Of a stretch of DNA of 64,000 bases, positions 1 to 8,006 are shown piece after piece (within the stretch, counting starts at the first letter, position 1; each line of letters opens with the position of its first letter). The stretch is from positions 1 to 64,000 of the IMG/VR virus record IMGVR_UViG_3300002062_000001; one strand, written 5' to 3'. The translations under genes were made by a program, and so were the position numbers. The DNA comes from a virus. A model generated the notes under the pieces. That model ran no database searches. It had not been told where the DNA came from and saw only the letters and a list, made by a program, of their open reading frames with translations.

Positions 1-1
1 C

Positions 2-73
2 GAAGCTGGGCGAACTGGCAGCCCAGATGATCGACATCGACGACGAAAGAAAGATATGCGCCACGCCGCCGTA
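2..73 (+). CDS. 3' end of a CDS entering from the left edge (partial), hypothetical
   Basis: Open frame from the window edge ending ...KLGELAAQMIDIDDERKICATPP*. Same strand as the following genes. Confidence 0.3.
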
Positions 74-340
74 GCCCGGAACCAAGCCACCGGACACTTC
101 CATCCCATCGTGTTCAAGCCTGAGACAGCCCCCGGACGCGCCCAGCGCACGGCCGGCAAGAAAGGGGCTACGATCAAACACATCGTTTTCCGGCACCACC
201 CGGAAGGCTTCGCCACAGAACAGGACGCCCGGACCTATATCGGGCACCACAGCCACGTCCTTCAAGATTCAGGGCTGCTGTTCGAATGGTCTGGCGAAGG
301 ACCACCCACGCCGTCGTGGTATTTCGAGGCGATCCGCTGA
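56..340 (+). CDS. hypothetical protein (94 aa)
   Basis: ORF-track ORF with GC-rich third codon positions. Co-oriented with its neighbours. No family recognised. Confidence 0.5.
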   Translation: MRHAAVARNQATGHFHPIVFKPETAPGRAQRTAGKKGATIKHIVFRHHPEGFATEQDARTYIGHHSHVLQDSGLLFEWSGEGPPTPSWYFEAIR

Positions 341-386
341 CGGATGCGTGATAGGATCGCCACACTGCAACAAAAGGAAGACCCCC

Positions 387-638
387 ATGAAAGCCATCAC
401 CATCATCGCTGCAGCCATGATCGCAGCTTCCCCAGCCATCGCCGAAACTGTTCTGTTCGAAGGTGGCCCCGTGACGCTCAGCAGCGGCACCACCAAGGTC
501 GTTCTGAAGCCTGTTGCCCCGAAGGCAGATGAACGGAAGCTGGCGGTGTGCCAGTACATCAGCGACAAGTCAGCCCGGTGCGGCGACTTGGCCCTTCAAC
601 TCGATACGACCGGCGGTGGCTGGTCCTTGGCGGAATAG
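387..638 (+). CDS. small secreted protein (signal peptide)
   Basis: An internal ATG at 387 is preceded by AAAGGAAG. The N-terminus MKAITIIAAAMIAASPAIA/ET looks like a Sec signal. Confidence 0.6.
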   Translation: MKAITIIAAAMIAASPAIAETVLFEGGPVTLSSGTTKVVLKPVAPKADERKLAVCQYISDKSARCGDLALQLDTTGGGWSLAE

Positions 639-641
639 GCC

Positions 642-1049
642 ATGAAGGAACCACATCAGCGCCGCGCTGAGCGCGAAGGGCTGCCAGTCCGCGAAGAACG
701 CCGGTGGCGCTATGTCCTGACCGCGCCGGTGGCCTATGACGCCGTGGCGGGGCGCGTCGTGGTTCCTGAAGGCTTCCGCTTCTATATCGGCGCGCAAGGC
801 ATCGCCATCCCGCCCTTCACGCGCGGTCTTTTGCGCGCCGCTCTGCTTCACGATTTCCTGTATGACCATTGGCTGGATCGCCCCGCAGGTCTGGCCCATG
901 CGGACACGGCAATGGTTGCTGAAATGCGGCTTCACGAAACGCCGCGCCTGATCCGTCATCTGGTCTGGATCATCATTCGGACCTATGGCGCATTCAGAAA
1001 CGATTCGCCGGTCCTGCCACCCTCGAGAAAGGACACCCCAGATGCCTGA
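642..1049 (+). CDS. DUF1353-like phage protein
   Basis: The pattern FRFYIGAQGIAIP...LLHDFLY resembles the DUF1353 family (FxxDGASIP...HDxLY), recalled from memory. Confidence 0.55.
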   Translation: MKEPHQRRAEREGLPVREERRWRYVLTAPVAYDAVAGRVVVPEGFRFYIGAQGIAIPPFTRGLLRAALLHDFLYDHWLDRPAGLAHADTAMVAEMRLHETPRLIRHLVWIIIRTYGAFRNDSPVLPPSRKDTPDA

Positions 1050-1290
1050 TATGGGAAGACGAACATTCATGGCGACCGCCGCCGCAACCGCTGCAGCGCC
1101 CTTCCTGCCCCCCGTCCCGTCGATACTGGCGGCGACCCCACCCGAAGCCTTGCCGGAAGTGGCTGGTGGGTGCCCCTGTGTCGCGATAGCTGTCGCTATG
1201 GCAGGCGTCGTGGTTGCCGGGATGCAAGATGCTGCTGGCGAAGAAGGTGGTGGCCCGGTCTTCGCGGCCCTGATGTACCAGCCGCGATAG
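1042..1290 (+). CDS. small protein with twin-arginine-like signal peptide
   Basis: ATG at 1042 lies 9 nt after AAAGGA. The N-terminus MPDMGRRTFMATAAATAAAPF looks like a Tat signal. Confidence 0.45.
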   Translation: MPDMGRRTFMATAAATAAAPFLPPVPSILAATPPEALPEVAGGCPCVAIAVAMAGVVVAGMQDAAGEEGGGPVFAALMYQPR

Positions 1291-1293
1291 GCA

Positions 1294-1322
1294 CAAAAAA
1301 GCCCCGGCGCGAAGCCGGGGCT
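1294..1322 (-). terminator. Rho-independent terminator ending the leftward late operon (possibly bidirectional)
   Basis: Hairpin AGCCCCGGC-gcgaa-GCCGGGGCT, flanked by an A6 tract on the + strand (a U-tract on the - strand). It sits between convergent genes. Confidence 0.65.
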
Positions 1323-1411
1323 GAAGTCTAGGGAGGATTTCCCTTACAGGTCGGTTCATGGAACCTATCGAGTAGGGTTTAGACCCTGACCCGATTCGCC
1401 GATGATGTCAA

Positions 1412-2251
1412 TCAGGCTGTCGCCGTCGCCCCATTCATCAGCACGTCCCACACATCCGCCAGTTCCACGATGTCGTGCGATTTCTCGCCAGTCGGGAACG
1501 CCGAATTCAGCGTGACCAGAACAGCCACCGGGACTTCGAAGCCCGATTTCGTCTGGACCGCGCCGGGTGCCGGCCGCTGGATGATCTGGGAACCACACCC
1601 GCCAGACATCCCGCCGATCACAATCGCCTGCTGCATTCCGGGGATGTCACCCAGGTCGTGAAGCACTTGCTTGATGATCCATGACGGGGCGTCGCCGCCT
1701 CGAAACTCTTCCGGGCGATCCAGATAGGCTTCGCCCAGACGGGTTTCGTAGTGGCCATTGATGGTGACGCCGCCGGGATACCCGCGAACCGCCATCTTCA
1801 TTCCCACCGTGATGTTCGGAGGACGATGCTTTGGCAGGATCACGCCGAACAAGGCGACATCCAGTCCACCGGGACGGATGATGATTTCGTCGTCCGAATA
1901 CTTCTTCGTGAATTCGGGCCACTTGGATCGATCCATCCCCGGCTTCCAGAACGACCCACCGGGCCATTCTTCGACAACATGGGCAGCGGTCACGTCACCC
2001 TGTTCGCCGTGCTTGGGGTTCTCTTCGCCCCACTTCCAGCGAGTGCCGAAGGAAGTCCCGTGCCCCTGAACGTCGTTGACGATCACGGACAAGCCGAATG
2101 TGGGCGCTTTCAGTGCGACCGGCTGGTCTGCCAGTGGCGCGCCAGTGTGGGGGTGCGCTGGCGCTGCAGACGCTTCGATCAGGTCCGCCAGCGCCTCAGC
2201 CGCCGCCGTCTGGGCAGCGACGAAACGCGCGCGCGCGGACATCAGACGCAC
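1412..2251 (-). CDS. trypsin-fold (S1-like) serine peptidase
   Basis: Ordered catalytic-triad-like motifs VTAAHVV ... LDVALFGV ... GGMSGG. Confidence 0.55.
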   Translation of the reverse strand: MRLMSARARFVAAQTAAAEALADLIEASAAPAHPHTGAPLADQPVALKAPTFGLSVIVNDVQGHGTSFGTRWKWGEENPKHGEQGDVTAAHVVEEWPGGSFWKPGMDRSKWPEFTKKYSDDEIIIRPGGLDVALFGVILPKHRPPNITVGMKMAVRGYPGGVTINGHYETRLGEAYLDRPEEFRGGDAPSWIIKQVLHDLGDIPGMQQAIVIGGMSGGCGSQIIQRPAPGAVQTKSGFEVPVAVLVTLNSAFPTGEKSHDIVELADVWDVLMNGATATA

Positions 2252-2610
2252 CCCGCATCAGCCTGCAGACCGCGCAGGACGGCAAGCTGGTCCGGCTGAT
2301 CCGCGATCCGGCGCGCATAGACATTGAAGTCTGCACATGCCTTGTCGATTCCCCGGTCATAAACCGCGCCCGAGACGGGGAGACGGTCAGCCAGCGACTT
2401 GCACCCGGCGATCAGGATGTCCGTGCCGATGACTTCGGCGATGGGGACGCCGCGCTTCGTCGCCGCTGCAGCTGCGATAGTGATCCCAGCGGTGCAAAGG
2501 CTGCCTTTGATCGACGTGGACGCTTCCGACACGACCGGATCGACTGTGGTCTTGTCGCAGGCTGCCAAGGTGACTGACAGGGCAGCCGCGATTGCGCTGA
2601 TGGTTTTCAT
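2242..2610 (-). CDS. lipoprotein (possible o-spanin or exclusion lipoprotein)
   Basis: An internal ATG at 2610 gives MKTISAIAAALSVTLAAC with a lipobox (LAAC). It sits next to the lysis genes. Confidence 0.6.
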   Translation of the reverse strand: MKTISAIAAALSVTLAACDKTTVDPVVSEASTSIKGSLCTAGITIAAAAATKRGVPIAEVIGTDILIAGCKSLADRLPVSGAVYDRGIDKACADFNVYARRIADQPDQLAVLRGLQADAGCV

Positions 2611-2697
2611 GGTGTCGTTCCTTCTTACTGGACGGGGACCGGCGCGACTGGTGCGTTGACGCAAGGCGCGCCAGCGGGACAGTGCGTCGGGTCGTAG

Positions 2698-3000
2698 TCA
2701 GACGTGATCTTCAGGCTCAGCGCGATCAGTGCCGTAATTTTCAGCATCGGTGTCGTCTCCTTTTTCAGAGCCAGCGAATTGCGGCTCCGGCTTCAGTGGC
2801 CCCGGCGGGTTCGCTTGGGCTTCCAACGCGCCATCAGGCGCGTATTGCTTCGCCGCGTCGTCGCCCAGCCATTCGATCCGGTCGAACTGCTCGAGCGCGC
2901 GATAATCGACGCCAGCGGTCATGGGGATTTCGGTCCCGGCGTCTTGTCCGGGTCCGTATGCGATGCCTGCAAAGCGCAGGACTTGCTTGGCGTGCCACAT
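2698..3000 (-). CDS. hypothetical acidic protein
   Basis: Coding-like codon usage. ATG at 3000 lies 9 nt after GGAG. The opposite-strand ORFs here are Arg-rich shadow ORFs. Confidence 0.45.
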   Translation of the reverse strand: MWHAKQVLRFAGIAYGPGQDAGTEIPMTAGVDYRALEQFDRIEWLGDDAAKQYAPDGALEAQANPPGPLKPEPQFAGSEKGDDTDAENYGTDRAEPEDHV

Positions 3001-3038
3001 TGGGCTGCACTCCATTCAGTGTTCAGTTGTGGGGTGGA

Positions 3039-4322
3039 TCAGGCGGTGGCCTTTGCCGCCTTTTTCAGAGCCGCCATCGTCCGGGGTCCGGCGATTCCAT
3101 CGACGTTCAGACCGGCGTCATACTGGAACCAGCGAAGCGCCTGTCTGGTCAGCGCGCCCATTACACCATCCAATGGACCGGGATGGTATCCGGCGTCAAT
3201 AAGCAGGCTCTGCGCGCGCCATACGTCGTCCCTGCTTTTCCTGACATGGACGACTTCGGCTTCAGGCTCTTGCCGCTGCATCGCCTTGATCGACAGTTCC
3301 GCGCGGCGAAGGCGATCTTCGTGGCCATTCAGTCCACCGTTAATGCCGCGCGTGACTTCTTCGACCTTGCCAGCTTCGGAAAGCTGGATCAGCGTCCGCC
3401 CCCGCCTCTTGCGATCCTGCAGATACCAGTTCGCGATCCGCCAAGCATGGACAGGCTTCCGGGCCAGATCGGGACGCTTCACGTAGTTGAACCCGCAAGC
3501 GTCACTTGCACGTTCGAAGTTTTCCAGCCCGGTCAGATGGATGTAGCCAGATCCTCGATAGCGCCACCCGTCGCCGGGGCGCTTGTTCCCCAGCCCCGGA
3601 TGGGTGTCGTACAGATGCGATGCCAGCGCCTTCGGTCCTTTGCTCAGGACAGCTTCGGCGTGACCCAGATCATCAAACTTGTGAGGGAAGACCACCAGAA
3701 GCCGCGGCGCGCTGTAGGCCATGCTTTCTTCGGTCTTAGTGAATTCTCGGCTTTCGTGGGCAAGCTGCCCAAACACGATGCCGGCCGGTGTGATGCCGCT
3801 CAGAAACCCCATTTCCATGTGGACCTTCCGAAAGGCTGAAAGGCATTCATCGGGGACAGCGTGCGCCGCCCCCCGGATGCCTGCGGTGGCCTGGGCACCC
3901 GGCGGGGGGTCGCCGCCCAAGATCAGTTCCCACCATCCATAGCTTGTGGTCCCCGGTGGGCGCGAAGTGTGCCGGTTAGTTTCGGCTTCGAAGCTGTAGT
4001 CCAGCCTGATCCGCTGGCCATCTTCCAGTTCCACATACCAGTCGATGGATTGATAGGGGTCTTTGGACGCCAAGACGCATTCCCGCTTGTCGATCCAGCC
4101 GCCGATGGTCAGCGTCACTCCGTCCCATTCGCTTCGCGTGATCGCGAAAGCCCGGACGACATCCCGCCGCAAATATTCCTTGTATTCCTGCAGCGCCACG
4201 CGCTCTGCAGCCATTCGATCAGCCGCCCGGTCGATCGTCCACTTGACCCCAGCGCCCACAAGGAAAATTGCCAGCCCCGCTGATAGAAGCCCCAGCCTTG
4301 CCGTCTTTGTCCGAAACGTCAC
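3039..4322 (-). CDS. membrane-anchored endolysin: N-terminal TM, unknown domain, GH19 (chitinase-like) domain and PG_binding_1 domain
   Basis: GH19-like motifs: GQLAHES..., YRGSGYIHLTG, INGGLNG. The C-terminus LDGVMGALTRQALRWFQ...VDGIAGPRT looks like a peptidoglycan-binding repeat. A GTG at 4322 overlaps the holin stop (GTGA) and gives the N-terminus VTFRTKTARLGLLSAGLAIFLVGAG. The ORF could instead start at 4394. Confidence 0.8.
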   Translation of the reverse strand: MTFRTKTARLGLLSAGLAIFLVGAGVKWTIDRAADRMAAERVALQEYKEYLRRDVVRAFAITRSEWDGVTLTIGGWIDKRECVLASKDPYQSIDWYVELEDGQRIRLDYSFEAETNRHTSRPPGTTSYGWWELILGGDPPPGAQATAGIRGAAHAVPDECLSAFRKVHMEMGFLSGITPAGIVFGQLAHESREFTKTEESMAYSAPRLLVVFPHKFDDLGHAEAVLSKGPKALASHLYDTHPGLGNKRPGDGWRYRGSGYIHLTGLENFERASDACGFNYVKRPDLARKPVHAWRIANWYLQDRKRRGRTLIQLSEAGKVEEVTRGINGGLNGHEDRLRRAELSIKAMQRQEPEAEVVHVRKSRDDVWRAQSLLIDAGYHPGPLDGVMGALTRQALRWFQYDAGLNVDGIAGPRTMAALKKAAKATA

Positions 4323-4630
4323 TTGTCTTTCACTCCCATCTTCTTTTCGATCCATTGGATCAGACGCTTGCCTGTGTCTGGTGCGGTCAGCCACCTTGCG
4401 ATGATTTCGAGGATGAACCAGACGGCGAACCCGGTCGCTGCACTTGCCGCCAGCCAGTCATCCCAAGCGTCGCCCCGAAGAAACGGGACGATTCGCATTG
4501 CTGTAGGCGCGAAGATCACGCCCGCGATGGTGCCAAGAACGCACCGATAGATGGCGGATCGCGTCCCTTCAGGGGCGATCATGGCCATCGAAATAAGAAC
4601 CCCCGCAAGGCTGCCCAACAGCTTCGCCAT
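4319..4630 (-). CDS. putative holin (about 3 TM segments)
   Basis: Start at MAKLLGSLAGVLISMAMI. Three hydrophobic segments and a charged C-terminus. Lies immediately upstream of the endolysin. Confidence 0.55.
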   Translation of the reverse strand: MAKLLGSLAGVLISMAMIAPEGTRSAIYRCVLGTIAGVIFAPTAMRIVPFLRGDAWDDWLAASAATGFAVWFILEIIARWLTAPDTGKRLIQWIEKKMGVKDK

Positions 4631-4679
4631 CCAGACAGACGCGAGGATTTTTTCAAGATGCGGTTCTGGCACTGATGCG

Positions 4680-5117
4680 TTACGCCTTTTTTGTTTCGGT
4701 GGATGCCTCGAGCGCAGCACCTGCAATCCGGGTTTCGATGACCCGCGTCAGCGCGGCACCAGCACTGACACGACCTTCACCATCTGAGACGGTCAGCCCC
4801 AGACGCTTCGCGGCCTGCGGTGTGTGTTCGATGACATAGTTGGCGATCTTGGCCACTTCGTCCGATGCCCCGATGGTGATCGGGCCTTTCTTGGCCACCA
4901 CTTCGCGCGCCTTGGCCTCGACAGCATCCAGCAGCGCGCGCCGGTCAATTTCCAGCCCGAAACGGCGTGCCATCGACCACAGAAGACCGCTGATGACGGC
5001 TGCTGCAATCGGGACGATCACTTCAGAAATCAGGGGTGCGAAGTCGATGACTTGTACTTCCGAAGCTATTGCCGGAGTTGCAGAGAACCCTGCCACCGCG
5101 AAGATGACGTACCACAT
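4680..5117 (-). CDS. membrane protein, Holin_LLH-like (holin/antiholin candidate)
   Basis: ATG at 5117 follows AAAGGA. Two N-terminal TM segments and a soluble tail with a ...VIETRIA motif reminiscent of LLH holins. Confidence 0.45.
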   Translation of the reverse strand: MWYVIFAVAGFSATPAIASEVQVIDFAPLISEVIVPIAAAVISGLLWSMARRFGLEIDRRALLDAVEAKAREVVAKKGPITIGASDEVAKIANYVIEHTPQAAKRLGLTVSDGEGRVSAGAALTRVIETRIAGAALEASTETKKA

Positions 5118-5154
5118 GCCAGATCCTTTCTTGTGTTGGAAAAGTCGTAGTTGA

Positions 5155-5931
5155 TTAAGAACTTGAGTAGCGCAAGCCGTAGTATTGGTTCGCTTCCGCG
5201 TACAGCGCATCGACTGATGCTTCCGCGTCCTTAACGGCGTTGCCGCCGTAGAATAGAAGTGCAGCTACATCCAAGTGATCCGCCAGAGCCGGATTGGACA
5301 CAGTATTGTCGTTGTCAATGTCTCCGAACCTCGCCTTCTGAAGACCCCCGAACGCCATTGCGTTCCCGTTTGCAGTGACCGCGCTGGTGGTTCCTTGCGC
5401 CGGGGCACCATCGTTCAGGATGTAGGCTGCTTCACGCCTTGCTTGGTCGAATGCACCAGCGAACAGGAATTCTTCTTCCGGGCCATGACTAAAACCAGAA
5501 ATAATATTCTGGACTCCAGACGACCCGCAAGTATGTCTGAAAGAGGCGTTGCCAGAGAAAAATCCGAATCTGACATTTGGGACAACATTTCCATTTGCGT
5601 TGTTGTTGCACAGGATAGGGTAGTAATTGCGCGTTCCGCTTCCTCCAGTCAGGTCAACGCGAGCGATGATAACCATCGTGCCTTGAAATGGTATCGGCTG
5701 ACGAAACTCGAAGATGGCACTGTCGTTCAGGCGCACGCATGAACGCTCATTTGAACCGAAATCCGACTGAAAGTTTACGGCCCCGCTGGTCAGCACCATA
5801 TCGCAGTCTTGGATAGCGCTTCCCTTGAACACGTTCAGGAAAGCATTTCGAGAAGAGTCGAAGAACGACGGTCTGTTCTCGAAAAAGAAGCCCATTCGCG
5901 GCTTCGGGATTTTGAAAGCGTTTTTCAACAT
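5155..5931 (-). CDS. tail-fibre-associated protein, possibly ConA/LamG-like beta-sandwich
   Basis: Visibly AT-richer ORF directly downstream of the tail fibre gene. The product is rich in Gly, Asn and Ser. The fold assignment is a guess. Confidence 0.4.
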   Translation of the reverse strand: MLKNAFKIPKPRMGFFFENRPSFFDSSRNAFLNVFKGSAIQDCDMVLTSGAVNFQSDFGSNERSCVRLNDSAIFEFRQPIPFQGTMVIIARVDLTGGSGTRNYYPILCNNNANGNVVPNVRFGFFSGNASFRHTCGSSGVQNIISGFSHGPEEEFLFAGAFDQARREAAYILNDGAPAQGTTSAVTANGNAMAFGGLQKARFGDIDNDNTVSNPALADHLDVAALLFYGGNAVKDAEASVDALYAEANQYYGLRYSSS

Positions 5932-5936
5932 AGCGT

Positions 5937-7994
5937 TTACTCCGATGCTTCGGTGACGGCGACAGCAAACCGCGTCAACCAGTTTTCGTGTTGGAAGGGT
6001 TCGATCACAGGTGCGCCGACAAGAGTCATGTCGATAGCCGTTCCGATCTCGACTAGCTCATCAGCCGCAAACTGACCTGTCACGCGGTAAGCCGTAAAGA
6101 ACCCTTCCGCATCGTCTGTATCGAAAGAGCCGGACGTGTATGTGACTCTATGCACCAACGCTGTCGCACCGCTGGTCGCGCCGATGATGACTCTTCCCGC
6201 TGGGGAGTCCCCGGGAGAACCTGACCCTGTAATGCCATTTGTAAATTGAAAGAGGTGCATCCTCAGAACTGCGGATTCGACCGCGACTTCTACCGTGCGA
6301 ATGTTGCCGCCTGCCCTGTTCTGCCCCCCAGACTGCAATGCAGCAGCGTCTTCCTGCATTGCATACCGAAGTTCTTCATCCGCCAGCACCGCGCCTGGGT
6401 CGCTCGCCAACTTGATGTGAATGACCCGGCCATAGATGGACAGAGAAGCGCCTGTCAGATCAATCAAAGCGCCAGAACGATGGTATTGGAACCCCAACAG
6501 TTCTGTTGAGCCGTCGATTGCCCGCGCAAAGTCGATTTCAGGAACTTCGGTTAGAGAAACACCACGCGGCGTCTTGAAAACTGCTTCGATAATAGACCCG
6601 TTGCGGACCACGTATTCACACGTCGGGCACCCCACGTCTTCGTCCCCCATCATCATCTGACTGCCGTACAGGGTTGCGATCTCTGATTTCACCGCATAGC
6701 CCTCGCCATAGGGATGCACTTCATCAGCTTCGTGCATATACGGGTAGGCAGCGGTCACGAAAACACATCGCGGTGTTTCACGGACCACATCAGCTTGCGC
6801 CTGAATAATCTCGTGAAACGCTTCTGTCGTGTCTCCCATCATCATTTGATGGAACATGATCGGGACAACATAATCTGGGTTGTCCGCGCCCCATGCCGAA
6901 GCTAGTCGAATGTCGATGAAAGCACTGCGAAGCTGGTCAGCATAGTCAGCCCTACTGGTTCCCGCGTTGGCATCGGCTTCACCGTGCGCGATCTGCCACG
7001 GCATACGCGGGGTGTAAGGGCCATCAACATGCGAAGCCAGAAGTTCCCCCATGCGCTCAGCCGCCGCGAACAAGTTGTTCCTCGGCCCGTTATTGAACAA
7101 GATAGCCAGCGTCCGCGCGCCCACAGCAGCCGAACAAGCTGACGTTCGGGCAAAACGACCGGCCGCCGCTGTTCCAACGGCGCGGGTCAGACCTTCCAAG
7201 CCATCGGTATCGGTATAATCCACCAGCGATGCCATATCGTCGATGGTCGCGGTGTGGGTTTCGTTGGAAGATGCGTGTGTGAATTGATTTGTATTCGGCC
7301 CCCCGTTGAACATCAGATGACCTGCGGCGGTGAAGATCGCTGTTGATGAGGCGCGTTGGAACGCAAGGGATTGCCCTCCCATCAAGCCAGCAAAAGCTAT
7401 CGGGCGTCCTGCGTCCCGAGCACCGATAGCAGCGCGTCGTTTCTCGCCTTCAGCCCAGAATGCCGCTTCAATATCATTGAGCGTAAAGGCGGAACCACCA
7501 CCGCCAGATCCTCCAACGGGGTTCCAGCTTCCAGTGCCTTCGGCACCGACTTTCTGAAATCCGCTTCCAGTATCAAGCGCCAGAGCCAGCGTTGATGCGG
7601 CGGGAGAAAGATCGACCAGAAGTTCCGCTTCGGTGAGATACAAAACCTCGACAGCCTCGAGAGCATCTACGCGCGCTGTCAGCGGGTTAAGGTCCACATC
7701 GGAAGGCAGACTGTCGATCAGCGTAGCGGTGCTTCCAGAAGTATGCTGGTAAAGATCAAGAAAGCTGTCGGCTGCTACGCCTGGGGTGATAAAATAATCA
7801 TCCTGACTTGTGGCGGCAACGCCCGATGCTGGCGTTTCATAATGCGGAAAACCCGCTGAAATCGAGACGTTAAGCTGCGAAAGGACACGCTCTACAACTC
7901 CGGTCCAAGTTCTAATTTCAGATTTTTTCGGCTCATGAAGCCCCCCGGAACCTTCCTGCCAAATATCGGCAGATGATTTAGCAAACTCTGGCAT
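5937..7994 (-). CDS. tail fibre/tailspike with SASA/SGNH-like carbohydrate esterase motifs
   Basis: GLMGGQSLAF (GQSN-type Ser motif) and WQIAHGEADA (WxQGExD-type motif), as in sialate O-acetylesterase-like (DUF303) domains. Sits after the host-specificity protein. Confidence 0.55.
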   Translation of the reverse strand: MPEFAKSSADIWQEGSGGLHEPKKSEIRTWTGVVERVLSQLNVSISAGFPHYETPASGVAATSQDDYFITPGVAADSFLDLYQHTSGSTATLIDSLPSDVDLNPLTARVDALEAVEVLYLTEAELLVDLSPAASTLALALDTGSGFQKVGAEGTGSWNPVGGSGGGGSAFTLNDIEAAFWAEGEKRRAAIGARDAGRPIAFAGLMGGQSLAFQRASSTAIFTAAGHLMFNGGPNTNQFTHASSNETHTATIDDMASLVDYTDTDGLEGLTRAVGTAAAGRFARTSACSAAVGARTLAILFNNGPRNNLFAAAERMGELLASHVDGPYTPRMPWQIAHGEADANAGTSRADYADQLRSAFIDIRLASAWGADNPDYVVPIMFHQMMMGDTTEAFHEIIQAQADVVRETPRCVFVTAAYPYMHEADEVHPYGEGYAVKSEIATLYGSQMMMGDEDVGCPTCEYVVRNGSIIEAVFKTPRGVSLTEVPEIDFARAIDGSTELLGFQYHRSGALIDLTGASLSIYGRVIHIKLASDPGAVLADEELRYAMQEDAAALQSGGQNRAGGNIRTVEVAVESAVLRMHLFQFTNGITGSGSPGDSPAGRVIIGATSGATALVHRVTYTSGSFDTDDAEGFFTAYRVTGQFAADELVEIGTAIDMTLVGAPVIEPFQHENWLTRFAVAVTEASE

Positions 7995-8006
7995 TTCACA
8001 TTCTCC

